Below, in pieces: positions 9,335 through 18,848 of a DNA stretch of 64,000 nucleotides. The position numbers were made by a program, and so were the translations under genes. The stretch is from Candidatus Eiseniibacteriota bacterium (GTDB taxonomy: Bacteria; Eisenbacteria; RBG-16-71-46; CAVPCR01), in the NCBI GenBank assembly GCA_963702435.1, contig CAVPCR010000002.1:416001-480000 (forward strand), given 5' to 3'. Within the stretch, counting starts at the first letter, position 1, and each line of letters starts with the position of its first letter. The notes beneath the pieces were generated by a model, which was not told the origin of the DNA, made no database searches, and worked only from the letters and a program-made list of their open reading frames with translations.

Positions 9335-12214
9335 TCATCGCACCACCACGAACTTGCCGATCTGGCTGCAGGTCGGCGACTCCACCGAATAGAGGTAGAT
9401 CCCCGACACGATGTCCTGCCCGTTGCGGCTGATCAGATTCCAGTAGGTGGTGCCGCCGTCCTGCTCATCCGGGGGCAGCGACTCCACCAGGTCGCCGGAC
9501 AGGGTGAAGATGCGTACAGTGGTTCCGGGCGGCAGGTGGTTGAACGCGATCTTGGTCCCGGTCGGGTCGGTCGGATTCGGCTTCAAGTCCCACCCCGCCC
9601 CGCCCACATACGGGTTGGGCACGACCTTGATCGCATCGCAGCCGGCCGCCGGCGATGAACCGGGGAAGACGGCGGAGTCCTCGCTCGAGGCCGGTCGCGT
9701 CTGCAGCTCGATCGTCTGCAAGAGACCCTGCACCTCCTCGACGACCTCCGAGTACGCCGTCACCACGTAGAAGTAAGGGTAACCGGGCAGCACGTTCGTG
9801 TCGTTGTACCGGTAGTAGCCCTTGCACCAGAGCGTGTCGCACACGGTGCCGACGAGTGAATCCGCCAGGACCGGTATGGTCGTATCGCCTTCCGCCGTCT
9901 GGAAGACGCGCGGGCGCGCCACCTGCAGATAGCGATCCACGCAGGTCGTGGCGTCGATCTGCTGATATCCCCCTGAGCGATCCACGAGGTATCCGAGCGG
10001 GCAACTCCCGATGTCCTGCGAGAAGACGCTCGCCGAGTCGACCGCCAGATCGGGCCGTGGACCGTCCTCGAGGAAGTACGGCTCGTTCAGCTTCCGGGTC
10101 TCGAGCACGGAGATCGGACAGGGGCTGTCCTCCGGCCGGTCGAGCCCGGCGATGTAGAACTCGAATGCCTCATGGCTCGGCAAGCAGAAGTTCCAGGTGA
10201 CGTAGTCGGTTTGTGCGAAGGGCGGGTTGCCCGCGATGTCGGGCCTGAGAGCCTTGAGCTTGACGCAGCTCGAGTCGGCAACCGCCGAGAAGTCGCCGAG
10301 GAGCTGGAAGCTCTCGGTCGGCACGCTCGAGGACTCGCGCTCCCAGTTGGCCGCCTTCCACACCCGGTAGCCCTTGAAGTTCTTGGCGCCCGTGATCGGG
10401 TTGACCGACTTGTCGACGAGGTTGTCCCAGTAGACCATGATCTCGTTCGACTGGGCCACGGCCAGCGGTCCCCCGAGGCAATCCTCGTCGCCCGGTTCGA
10501 CGCCCGTGACGAGCCCCGACGTGGCCACCGCGATCGGGGGCGCCGGCGGCGGCGACACGCCGATCCAGTTGACGCGGCTCTCCTTGCCGTCGGACCCCGT
10601 GCAGGTGTGCGCCGGGTTGGGGCAGTCCCCATCGATCCAGGTGCAGGTCGAACGCTCGCACTGCACCTCCGGGTCCTGCGGATCGCAGTTGTGGTCGATG
10701 GTGGCGAACTGGCCGCCGCTGCCGCAGAACACGCACTTCTCGCGGCCGAAGATACCGGTCGCCGCATCGCCGTCGAGGTTGAAGAAGTCGCCGTCGAAGA
10801 TGCGCTGCGCGTTGACGGCGTTGGCCTTGAGGCCGTTCGGGCCCTCGTACCCGTCCCCGATCACGAAGGCCACCTGGAAGGTGAGGAAGGTGTCCGGGAG
10901 GAGCTCCGAGAAGGGACCGACGGCAAGCACGTAACGATAGTCGCGCGGATCGGTCGGCGGCTCCTGGATGAACTTCCCCTCATCCGTGCGTGCGCTTCGC
11001 GACAGGAGCTCATAGCGCTCGAAGTCGTTCTCCGGGTCGCGGATGGTGCCGCCCTGGGCGAACCAGACGAAGGTCCGGATGCCGACCTCCGCCGGCGCCA
11101 CGAGCCCAGCGGGATCGGTCGAATGGCCGAGGAAGAGGCCGCCGAACCAGCCCGGCACGTCCCCGGTGTCCGTGATCGAATGGCTCTGGTCGGGCAGGTC
11201 CTGCATGTACCCGAGCTGAATCTTGACCTGCGTCCGCCGGCAGCTGGCGGGCGTCGAGGGCCGCGGGTCGACGATCGTGGTGTCGATCTCGGCGAACCCC
11301 ACCAGGTCATCGAGGTACATGTTCGGGAACTCGTCGTTATCTGCCGGACCCACATCCGAGTCGACGAAGAATCCGAGGTAGATCTCGCGCAGCGGCCGCG
11401 CTCCGTCGTTCCAGATCTTGTAATCGAGGCCGACCATGTTCTCGGCCCCGCCGGAGGACCAGGCGAAGCTCCGCTGCTGGATGCGCAGGTTGAGCGGAAC
11501 GTGCTCGTTGAAGAACTGGGTCGAGACCTCGCCGTAGTCGGTGCACTCGGACGAGAACATCTGCTGCGAGATGGCCTCGAAGTCCTCGTCGATCTGGCCG
11601 TCCTGGTCGTCGTCCTTCCCGTTCCGGAAGTCCTCGTTGATGCTGCTCAGGTCGTTGACCCCCGTCGCATCCCCGTCGTCGTCCGCCGACGTCGAGTTGC
11701 CCGAGCTCGAGTAGCGCGCGCCGCCGCGCTCCCCCTCGAAGCTCGTGTAGATCCGATCGCGGACATCCTCGAAGTCGGGGAGGAACTCGGTGTCGTAGGC
11801 CCCGGTGGAGACGTGCGGATTGCCGTCGGCATCCACCGCCCCGACCCACAACCCGGCCATGAACAGGTACTCGTCGTTCGAGCCGGGAGGCCACTCGGCC
11901 GACGGGCGCGAGCAGAAGCGGCCGAAGAAGTCACCCACGAACCCGCCGTTCGACATGTGCAGGAGCAGGTTCCCCGCCGAGTGGATGTAGGTGCAGCTCC
12001 GCTCGAAGATGGCCTCTCCCCCGCGGTCGTCCAGGTACTCCTCGAGCCCCGGGTAGTACTTGCCGTCGAAACCGGGCGCCTTGACCTTGTCCGAGTAGGC
12101 GGCGGCCCCGGTCGCCCAGGCGGCAGCGAGGAGGACGAGGAGGGCGAGCGCCACCCGACGGCGATCGCCCCGGCGGTTCAGCGACGCTCCGGTCGCGAAC
12201 GGGAAGAAACTCAT
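9335..12214 (-). CDS. Large Cys-rich secreted protein with T9SS/FlgD-like C-terminal domain
   Basis: Signal peptide; EWPPGS..YLFMAGLWVGA; Asp-rich GKDDDQDGQIDED; C-terminal VVPNPY..IAFNHLP..VRIFTLSGDLV..WNLISRNGQDIVSGIYLYSV..GKFVVVR. Confidence 0.75.
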   Translation of the reverse strand: MSFFPFATGASLNRRGDRRRVALALLVLLAAAWATGAAAYSDKVKAPGFDGKYYPGLEEYLDDRGGEAIFERSCTYIHSAGNLLLHMSNGGFVGDFFGRFCSRPSAEWPPGSNDEYLFMAGLWVGAVDADGNPHVSTGAYDTEFLPDFEDVRDRIYTSFEGERGGARYSSSGNSTSADDDGDATGVNDLSSINEDFRNGKDDDQDGQIDEDFEAISQQMFSSECTDYGEVSTQFFNEHVPLNLRIQQRSFAWSSGGAENMVGLDYKIWNDGARPLREIYLGFFVDSDVGPADNDEFPNMYLDDLVGFAEIDTTIVDPRPSTPASCRRTQVKIQLGYMQDLPDQSHSITDTGDVPGWFGGLFLGHSTDPAGLVAPAEVGIRTFVWFAQGGTIRDPENDFERYELLSRSARTDEGKFIQEPPTDPRDYRYVLAVGPFSELLPDTFLTFQVAFVIGDGYEGPNGLKANAVNAQRIFDGDFFNLDGDAATGIFGREKCVFCGSGGQFATIDHNCDPQDPEVQCERSTCTWIDGDCPNPAHTCTGSDGKESRVNWIGVSPPPAPPIAVATSGLVTGVEPGDEDCLGGPLAVAQSNEIMVYWDNLVDKSVNPITGAKNFKGYRVWKAANWERESSSVPTESFQLLGDFSAVADSSCVKLKALRPDIAGNPPFAQTDYVTWNFCLPSHEAFEFYIAGLDRPEDSPCPISVLETRKLNEPYFLEDGPRPDLAVDSASVFSQDIGSCPLGYLVDRSGGYQQIDATTCVDRYLQVARPRVFQTAEGDTTIPVLADSLVGTVCDTLWCKGYYRYNDTNVLPGYPYFYVVTAYSEVVEEVQGLLQTIELQTRPASSEDSAVFPGSSPAAGCDAIKVVPNPYVGGAGWDLKPNPTDPTGTKIAFNHLPPGTTVRIFTLSGDLVESLPPDEQDGGTTYWNLISRNGQDIVSGIYLYSVESPTCSQIGKFVVVR

Positions 12215-14919
12215 CAGAAGGTCACCCCCACGCCAAGACGCATCACGCGCGGCTCCCCGTAGACACGCGGATCGTCGAGTGGCACCCAGTTGGAGAGTCC
12301 GTCTCCGTCGGTGTCGTCGCCGAGATAGGCGCCGCCGGCGAGACCGGTCTCGGTGTAGTACGCCGAGTAGTCGATCAGATCCTCGCTGGCGGTCAGGCCG
12401 GGGGGCCAGTTGTCGGGCTCGAGCTCCACGATGTTCTCGGAGTCGAGGAGATTCCGCGCCTGCAGGAAGAACGTGAAGTTCTGCCCGTAGATCCTGAAGA
12501 ACTTGTCGGCCTGCACGTCGAGCGTCGAGGTGGAGGGCAGGCGCCCGGTGTTCGTGTCCTTGGGATCCAGCTCCTTCTGGTAGCGGCTGCGCGGCGTGTA
12601 CGGGAAGCCGGAACCGTAGCGCCAGACAAAGCTCGTCGACCAGCTGCCGGGGTCGGAGACGTAGAGCGTGCTGGAGAGCGTGTGCCGCTGATCCCAATCG
12701 AGCGACTGCTCGGAGATCGGCAGATAGAGGAGCTCATCCGAGTTGCGCAGCGTCTCCTCCTCGTCCGAGGCCACGCCGGTGGCGATCCCGAAGGTGTAGT
12801 CGAAGTTGGCCGAGAAGTTGTGGCTGAAACGCTTGGTCACCGACACCTCGAAGCCGCGCGACGAAGCGTAGTCCTGATTGACATAGGTGGCGATGAGATC
12901 GGGCGACCCCGCCGCTACGAGGCGCCTGGTGGTGAGGAGCCCGAAGATGTCCTTGAAGTACACCGCGAACTGGCCGACCACGGTGGGCGTGAAGACGTGC
13001 TGCACGCCGGCCTGGTAGGCGATCGTGGTCTCGGCATCCAGGTCGGGGTTGCCGCGCACGACGGCGAGCGGCCCGCGATCCTCGAAGATGAAGATGCGGT
13101 CCGGCACCTGGAAATAGCGCCCATAGGTGAAGCTGAACACGTCGCGGTCGGAGATCGGGAAGGCGATGCCGAGTCGCGGCGAGAGCTGGGTCTTGACCCG
13201 ATCGCTCACCTCGCTCGATGGGATCTGATCGCCCACCGAGAACACGTCGTAGCGGAGGCCGGCATTGATGACCATCCCCTCGTGCTCCCAGCGATCTTGA
13301 AGATAGAGCGAGCCCTCGGGGTTGTAGTAATGGAACGCCGTCTTGTCCGTGCCGTACGTGCCCTGGACGTTGATCTCGTTCGGGTAGCGGATCGAGTTGA
13401 CCTGGAGGTCGTTGTAGAGACCCTGGACGCCCCACTTGATCAGGTGCTTCTGCTGCTTCTTGGTCCAGTCGTTCTTGATCGTGTAGACCTGGTTATCGCG
13501 CGTGTAGAAACGCGGGTAGTCGCCGTTCGAGGCGAAGAACGGTTCGCTCAGGTCGTTGATGTTGTCGACCCAGTAGAAGGGTCGCTGCTGCTCGTACTCC
13601 CACGGCTCGCGGCCCAGCACCCGCCGGTCGGTCTCGTACGAGGCTCGCGAGAGCCGCAGGTTGTAGAAGGTCTCGTTCGAGATGTTCTGGCGCCAGACGA
13701 TCTTGTACTGATCGAACAGCTCCTCGCGATTGGGCGTGTGCGCCGGGGCGCTGTACGGAACGAAGTTCTCGTTCTCCTGATAGAGGCTGAACCGCCCGTA
13801 CTCGATGAACTCCCGGCCCTGGGAGTCCACCGTGACCCGGGTCTCCACGAAGCCGTCGCGCGCCCAGCGATGGATATAGGCGTCGGACACGGTCCGCGAG
13901 TTCAGGTACTCGCCGGTGAGCTTGACGTTCGGCGTGATCTTGTAGGCGAGCTTGCCCTGGAGCTTGATGTCGTTCGACTGCCGGTTGCCGAGCGAGACGA
14001 AGTCGAGGAAGGAGTAGCGATACCGGTCCTCCGAGGTCTTGAGGTAGGTGTCTTCCCAGGTGCCCTCGTAGGACATGAAGTAGGTAAGTCCGCGCACCGG
14101 CGTGGGCCCGCCGAAGCCGAGGCTCACGCGGTCGAAGTTGTTGAAGGTACGATCCGGCGCGCCGTAGTCGTCCGTGTAGAAGCGGAACTCGCCGCCAAAC
14201 TCCTCGGTGCCCTCGCGGGTCTCCAGATTCACGACCCCGGACTGGGCGTTGCCGAACTCGGCCTCGAAGCCGCCGGTGATGACCTCGCTCGACTGGAGCG
14301 CCGCGGTGCCGATGTCGACCCCGGTCTGACCGAGTGGGTCGCGGACCGGCACGCCGTCCACGTAGTAGGCGACCTCGCCGCCGCGGCCGCCGCGGAAATG
14401 CAGCTCGCCGCCCTGGGAGACGACGCCGGCTTTGAGGGCAATGGCCTCGTTCACGTCGTCGACCGGCAGCTGCCGCAGCATCTCGCGGTCCACCGAGTGA
14501 TGCGTATCGGCGCGCTCCTTCGAGACGAGCTGGGCCTTGGCCTCGACGACGATCTCCTGTTCCTTGAAGGCCTCGTCGCGCAGCTGGAAATCGGCGGTGG
14601 TCTTGCCGCCCGCGGCGACGGCGATCCCGGACTTGGATACGGGATTGTAGCCGATGTATGAGGCCTGCAGCTCGTAGGTGCCGGGGGGAACGTTCGTGAT
14701 CGTAAAGGTGCCGTCATCCTTCGAGATGTTGCCCATCTGCGTGCCGAGGATCACGACGTTGGCGTAGGGCAGCGGCTCCCCGGTTCGCGCGTCGGTTATC
14801 TTGCCGCTGACCGTCCCGGCCTGGGCCAGGAGCGGCGCGGCGGACAGACCCTGCAGGAGGACAACAACCAGGAGAGCTAGTCCGGCCGGGGGGAGCCATC
14901 TGTGGACGCTAGCGCGCAT
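12214..14919 (-). CDS. TonB-dependent receptor with N-terminal carboxypeptidase-regulatory-like domain
   Basis: SGKITDARTGEPLPYANV, HFRGGR..EVAYYVDGVP, GGFEAEFGNAQSGVVN, NAGLRYD, LSPRLGIAFP, C-terminal RLGVGVTF; alternative starts 14937/14940. Confidence 0.9.
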   Translation of the reverse strand: MRASVHRWLPPAGLALLVVVLLQGLSAAPLLAQAGTVSGKITDARTGEPLPYANVVILGTQMGNISKDDGTFTITNVPPGTYELQASYIGYNPVSKSGIAVAAGGKTTADFQLRDEAFKEQEIVVEAKAQLVSKERADTHHSVDREMLRQLPVDDVNEAIALKAGVVSQGGELHFRGGRGGEVAYYVDGVPVRDPLGQTGVDIGTAALQSSEVITGGFEAEFGNAQSGVVNLETREGTEEFGGEFRFYTDDYGAPDRTFNNFDRVSLGFGGPTPVRGLTYFMSYEGTWEDTYLKTSEDRYRYSFLDFVSLGNRQSNDIKLQGKLAYKITPNVKLTGEYLNSRTVSDAYIHRWARDGFVETRVTVDSQGREFIEYGRFSLYQENENFVPYSAPAHTPNREELFDQYKIVWRQNISNETFYNLRLSRASYETDRRVLGREPWEYEQQRPFYWVDNINDLSEPFFASNGDYPRFYTRDNQVYTIKNDWTKKQQKHLIKWGVQGLYNDLQVNSIRYPNEINVQGTYGTDKTAFHYYNPEGSLYLQDRWEHEGMVINAGLRYDVFSVGDQIPSSEVSDRVKTQLSPRLGIAFPISDRDVFSFTYGRYFQVPDRIFIFEDRGPLAVVRGNPDLDAETTIAYQAGVQHVFTPTVVGQFAVYFKDIFGLLTTRRLVAAGSPDLIATYVNQDYASSRGFEVSVTKRFSHNFSANFDYTFGIATGVASDEEETLRNSDELLYLPISEQSLDWDQRHTLSSTLYVSDPGSWSTSFVWRYGSGFPYTPRSRYQKELDPKDTNTGRLPSTSTLDVQADKFFRIYGQNFTFFLQARNLLDSENIVELEPDNWPPGLTASEDLIDYSAYYTETGLAGGAYLGDDTDGDGLSNWVPLDDPRVYGEPRVMRLGVGVTF

Positions 14920-15008
14920 GGCGAACAAGCTCCTCATCACTCCAATGCCTTGTTGCGAGCGAACTGGGAGTCACGCTCCAGGCCGTTCGATCCGGCACGA
15001 CTCTCGCC

Positions 15009-15038
15009 AGTCTAGGCGCCGCCCGCCGGCGGGGTCAA
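15009..15038 (-). promoter_or_regulatory. Putative sigma70 promoter for the TBDR operon
   Basis: TTGACC-N18-TAGACT on minus strand. Confidence 0.5.
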
Positions 15039-15190
15039 GATTGGCCGGGCCGCATCGCCGGTTCCCGGAGTCAACCTCCCATCGCCCATCCCCTTCCACT
15101 CACCAATCGCCCTGTTTACCGCCCCACCCTGACGGGCTTCCGCCCCCGGGCTCGCTCGTGGCGAGAACCGGTCGGGAGCCCGATCGCCTG

Positions 15191-16816
15191 CTAGAAGAAG
15201 AGACTCCGCAACTGCAGCGTCACGCGCTTCCGATCCTGGTCCTCGACCACCTCGTCGGCGACTCCCGGCTCCCCGGCGTCCGAGCGCACCCAGTCGTAGC
15301 TGAACGCCAGGTCGAGGGTGAGCGCCCCGCTCGCCGTCCGGTAGCCGGCGCCGAGCGCCAGGCGATGCGCGCTCGACTCCCCGACCGGATCGTCCACGTC
15401 TCGGTTCTCGTCGCCGCTGAAGTACCGGTAGCCGGCCCTCGCCACCACGGGGACCGCGATCGCGTACTCGCCGCCCGCTCCCAGCTCGAGCGATGACGCG
15501 CCCACGCGCTCCGTGGGCGGGCTGATGCTCTCGTCCCGATCGCTCCAGCCCCAGGCCAGCTCTCCGGCCAGGAGACCCCGGCCCTGGGGCAGGAAGTAGG
15601 TGCCCCCACCCTTCCCCTCCCAGACCGTGACCCGCTGGCTCCTGGCCGTGACATAGGAGTTCACATTCGTCCCCGGAAGCAGCCAGTACTCGCTCTGCCC
15701 CGCATTGAAGCCAAGCCCAAAGGAGACCGGCAGATCGGGAGGCTTCACCTCCCACCGGGTCAGGAACCCCGAGTCCCGGAACCCCTCCTCGTGCACCGCC
15801 CGCGTCTCGACGATGGTCTGGTTCGTGGGGTTCAGGGAGTACTGGGGCGACCAGTTGTAGCTGGCCGACTCCTGGCCCTCGAAGGACCGGTAACGGAAAT
15901 CCAGTCCGCCCTTGGCCCACCCGGCCACGTCGCCGAGCAGGTGGACGTTCATGCCCCAGGGATTGCGCTCCCAGGTGTACTCATCCGTATGGAGGTCGTC
16001 CGCCGAGATCCCATCGATCCGCGTGTCGGCCAGACCCCCGTTCACGCCGAGGACCCAGTCCTCGAAGGGTCCGGCTTTCGAGAACAGGCGGCCGGCGATG
16101 CTGGCCTTGGCCGCCCAGGTGTGCACGTCGTTGTCCAGGTCGTAGGTGGTAGCGGCCACTCGCTCCTCATCCTCCGACTGGTAGCTGCCGAGGAGGCCGA
16201 AGGAGAAGCGCTCGGTGAGCCGTCGCGCGTAGTGGACGTTGAACAGCGCGCCGGCGAGGTCGGCGGTGATCGGCGTGCCCGCGTTGGATCCCGCTTCCGG
16301 GTTCGCAACCGGCAGCCCGAACAGGCGGAGGAACTCGTCGGTGACCACCCGTTCGCCCTCTCCGCTCGTCAGGTTCATCGACCCGCCGATGGCATACCGG
16401 TCATTGGGCAGGGCATTGCCGAGGAAGCCGACCGGGTACACCCGGAAGTCCTGGTCCGGGGCTTCCGGCGTCGTGCGATCCACCCAGCCCCGCCAGCCGC
16501 CCCAGGCATCGATGTGATGGGTGGGCTTGTCATCGAGATGGCCGACCAGATTGCCGCCGAAATCGAGCAGGTTGATCTCGTTGTTCTCGTCGGGGACGGC
16601 TTCCCCCATCCCTCCCAACGCCTCGAGTCGGGCCTTTGGCAGGCCGGGGCGCGGATCAATCCCGGTGCCGAGCGACCAGGGTTCCAGGATCTGGCCCGTC
16701 GCCGGCTGCGCCGCGGCCAGGAGCCAGAGCCCGGCCAGGCCGGCGAGGAAGAAGGCACGGCCCCGCGGCTCCGGCCATCGCCTCGAGCGCTCCCCCTGCG
16801 GAGAGGTGTCCAGCAT
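15191..16816 (-). CDS. Putative outer-membrane beta-barrel protein (FadL/porin-like, uncharacterised)
   Basis: Signal peptide, ARLEALGGMG N-terminal hatch-like motif, alternating beta strands (LGAGGEY, ARAGYRY, LGAGY, LDLAFSYD), C-terminal Phe. Confidence 0.65.
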   Translation of the reverse strand: MLDTSPQGERSRRWPEPRGRAFFLAGLAGLWLLAAAQPATGQILEPWSLGTGIDPRPGLPKARLEALGGMGEAVPDENNEINLLDFGGNLVGHLDDKPTHHIDAWGGWRGWVDRTTPEAPDQDFRVYPVGFLGNALPNDRYAIGGSMNLTSGEGERVVTDEFLRLFGLPVANPEAGSNAGTPITADLAGALFNVHYARRLTERFSFGLLGSYQSEDEERVAATTYDLDNDVHTWAAKASIAGRLFSKAGPFEDWVLGVNGGLADTRIDGISADDLHTDEYTWERNPWGMNVHLLGDVAGWAKGGLDFRYRSFEGQESASYNWSPQYSLNPTNQTIVETRAVHEEGFRDSGFLTRWEVKPPDLPVSFGLGFNAGQSEYWLLPGTNVNSYVTARSQRVTVWEGKGGGTYFLPQGRGLLAGELAWGWSDRDESISPPTERVGASSLELGAGGEYAIAVPVVARAGYRYFSGDENRDVDDPVGESSAHRLALGAGYRTASGALTLDLAFSYDWVRSDAGEPGVADEVVEDQDRKRVTLQLRSLFF

Positions 16817-16842
16817 CACGGCGCCCTCGTACTCGCTCCGCG

Positions 16843-18282
16843 TCAGAAGCGGAGCGTGGATGAGAAGTAGAGATTGTGGAGCGACTCCTCGACCTCGACG
16901 ATGTCGAGCTGCGTGCCGGGCGGCGGCGCGTTGTCGAAGAGGAACTCCGTGTAGGTGTACTTGGTCGTGTCGAACGCCACGTCGAAGTCCACGGTCGGGA
17001 AGTGCAGTCCGATGCCGAGCGACCAGGTATGGGCCTCGACGCGGTCGCCGCGGAAGTCGCGGAACCCGTTGGGACCCACCTCGGCGCTCAGGCTGTCCAC
17101 GTTGGCCTTCTGCGTCGGCGTGGTATGGAACCCGAGCCGGAGTGGAATCTCCGTGCCCTGGCCGCGATTGAACGTGTACTCGCCGCCGAGGTGGACGGAG
17201 TGCGTCGGATAGGCGGAGTTCTCGACGACGACCGACCCGGACCCGGTGTCCACGCGCCGCTCCACCTCGTTCCACGGGCGATACTGGTAGTCGGCGGCGA
17301 CGAGGAGGCCGGTCAAGGGCGCATAGGGCACGGCATACGAGGCGCCGACCCCGTACATGAGCGGGATCTCGCTCGTCGCATCCGAGAGCTGGAAGCTGAC
17401 GAGCGTGTCCGCGGCGGGGACCCCGGAACCCGGCAGGATGAGCACCCGGAGCGAGCCGGGTCCGCCCTGCTGCTCGAGGTCATAGCCGGGGTGGAGCACG
17501 GCCCCGACCTTGAGCTCCGGCAGCACCTGGACCGTGGCGCCCAGATCGGTCGAGAACCCGTTCAGCTCGTAGCGCACCTTCTGGGTCACGTTGTAGAACT
17601 CCTGACCCTGGAACGCCACGCTCTGTTCATCCGACTCCTCGACGAAGCCGGTGAGGAAGTTGAAGTTGACTCCCAGCGCGACCCGGGAGTGCGGCCGCCC
17701 GGCAACCGACACGGTCCAGGCGTCCTCGCCGCCCTCCGATTGGCTGAGCCGGTTGAAGGGGATGGAGAATCCGCCGCCGGGATCGAACTCGATGAGCTGC
17801 TCCTGGGCGGCGAGCCCATCCACAACGCGGCGATACCCCAGAGCCCCCACCAGTCCGTACGTCTGTGACCAGCCCTTGAACGGTGAGGGGGTCGCCCCGC
17901 CGACCAGGTAGTAAGTGAACTGCGCCTGCGGCGAGTCGGTGAAATCGACCACGGGAGCGGGAACGCCGCCGCCCGAGAAGATGGGAATCCCCTCGGTGAT
18001 CTGACCCGACCCGAAATGCAGCCGCAAGTCCCCCGTGAGCTCGGGCTCGGTGATGGCGGCGAGTCCGGCCGGATTCCAGCCGATCGACTCGACCCCGTCG
18101 GCAACCGACAGGTACGCGCCCCCCATGCCGCGGGCGCGGGCGCCCACCATGGCCAGGTCCGGCGGCTCCTGGCCGCAGGCCGGGAGCGGCGGCCATCCCG
18201 TCATGAGACCCAGCGCCAGGGCGAGCACCCCGAGCCGGCTCCCCGCCCGCCCGGCCACCCGGTTGGTTATCTGCCTCAGCAT
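16843..18282 (-). CDS. OmpP1/FadL-like outer-membrane beta-barrel protein
   Basis: VGARARGMGGAYLSVADGVESIGWNPAGLA; ends YFSSTLRF. Confidence 0.75.
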   Translation of the reverse strand: MLRQITNRVAGRAGSRLGVLALALGLMTGWPPLPACGQEPPDLAMVGARARGMGGAYLSVADGVESIGWNPAGLAAITEPELTGDLRLHFGSGQITEGIPIFSGGGVPAPVVDFTDSPQAQFTYYLVGGATPSPFKGWSQTYGLVGALGYRRVVDGLAAQEQLIEFDPGGGFSIPFNRLSQSEGGEDAWTVSVAGRPHSRVALGVNFNFLTGFVEESDEQSVAFQGQEFYNVTQKVRYELNGFSTDLGATVQVLPELKVGAVLHPGYDLEQQGGPGSLRVLILPGSGVPAADTLVSFQLSDATSEIPLMYGVGASYAVPYAPLTGLLVAADYQYRPWNEVERRVDTGSGSVVVENSAYPTHSVHLGGEYTFNRGQGTEIPLRLGFHTTPTQKANVDSLSAEVGPNGFRDFRGDRVEAHTWSLGIGLHFPTVDFDVAFDTTKYTYTEFLFDNAPPPGTQLDIVEVEESLHNLYFSSTLRF

Positions 18283-18307
18283 CAAGTCCCTCCCCCGACC
18301 TGGCGCG

Positions 18308-18817
18308 TCAGTTCGACCCGGCGAGACCCGCGGCAACGGCGAGCCCGCTCCAGAAGATGGCCTCGACGACGGTGCGGCGCCGGTCGATCGAGATGAGCGA
18401 GATCGACTCGATCTCGTCGCGAGCGAGGAGCGCATTGCCGACCGAGGGCCGCTCGGCCACCGTTTCGGCGTCTTCGGCGGCGTGCCGGAGATCGGTCCAG
18501 TCACCGCTCTTGCCTCCGTCGATCACGAGCTCGCGGGCGGTCAGGCCGATGAACTCGTCGGTCACCTCGCCCACCTCCGCCGCAAACATGCTGTCGCCCT
18601 GGACGAACTTGACCTCCTGGCCGCTCACGAAGCGACCGCGCAGCGTGCGATCCCCCTTGAGCTCCACCTCGTACTCGCGGCCATCGGCAATGTTGACATC
18701 GGAGGTGCTGAGCGCGACCCGCTTCGTGCAACCGGCGCCGAGCGCGAGCACCGCGGACAGCGCCAGGAGAGCCACGATCCAGGGAGCACGCCCCCCGTGT
18801 CTTGAACTGTGCTTCAT
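18308..18817 (-). CDS. Hypothetical lipoprotein
   Basis: Lipobox LGAGC after hydrophobic stretch; C-terminal hydrophobic segment; operonic spacing. Confidence 0.6.
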   Translation of the reverse strand: MKHSSRHGGRAPWIVALLALSAVLALGAGCTKRVALSTSDVNIADGREYEVELKGDRTLRGRFVSGQEVKFVQGDSMFAAEVGEVTDEFIGLTARELVIDGGKSGDWTDLRHAAEDAETVAERPSVGNALLARDEIESISLISIDRRRTVVEAIFWSGLAVAAGLAGSN

Positions 18818-18848
18818 GAGCGCCTTTCCTCGCCTCCCGGGCCTCATC

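Noticed and set aside
9240..9338. N-terminal ORF extensions in the track (e.g. PorV to 9338, cargo to 12697, kdsA to 54122, ftsK to 36138)
   Set aside because: They overlap upstream genes; downstream starts with RBS and signal peptides or family N-termini fit better
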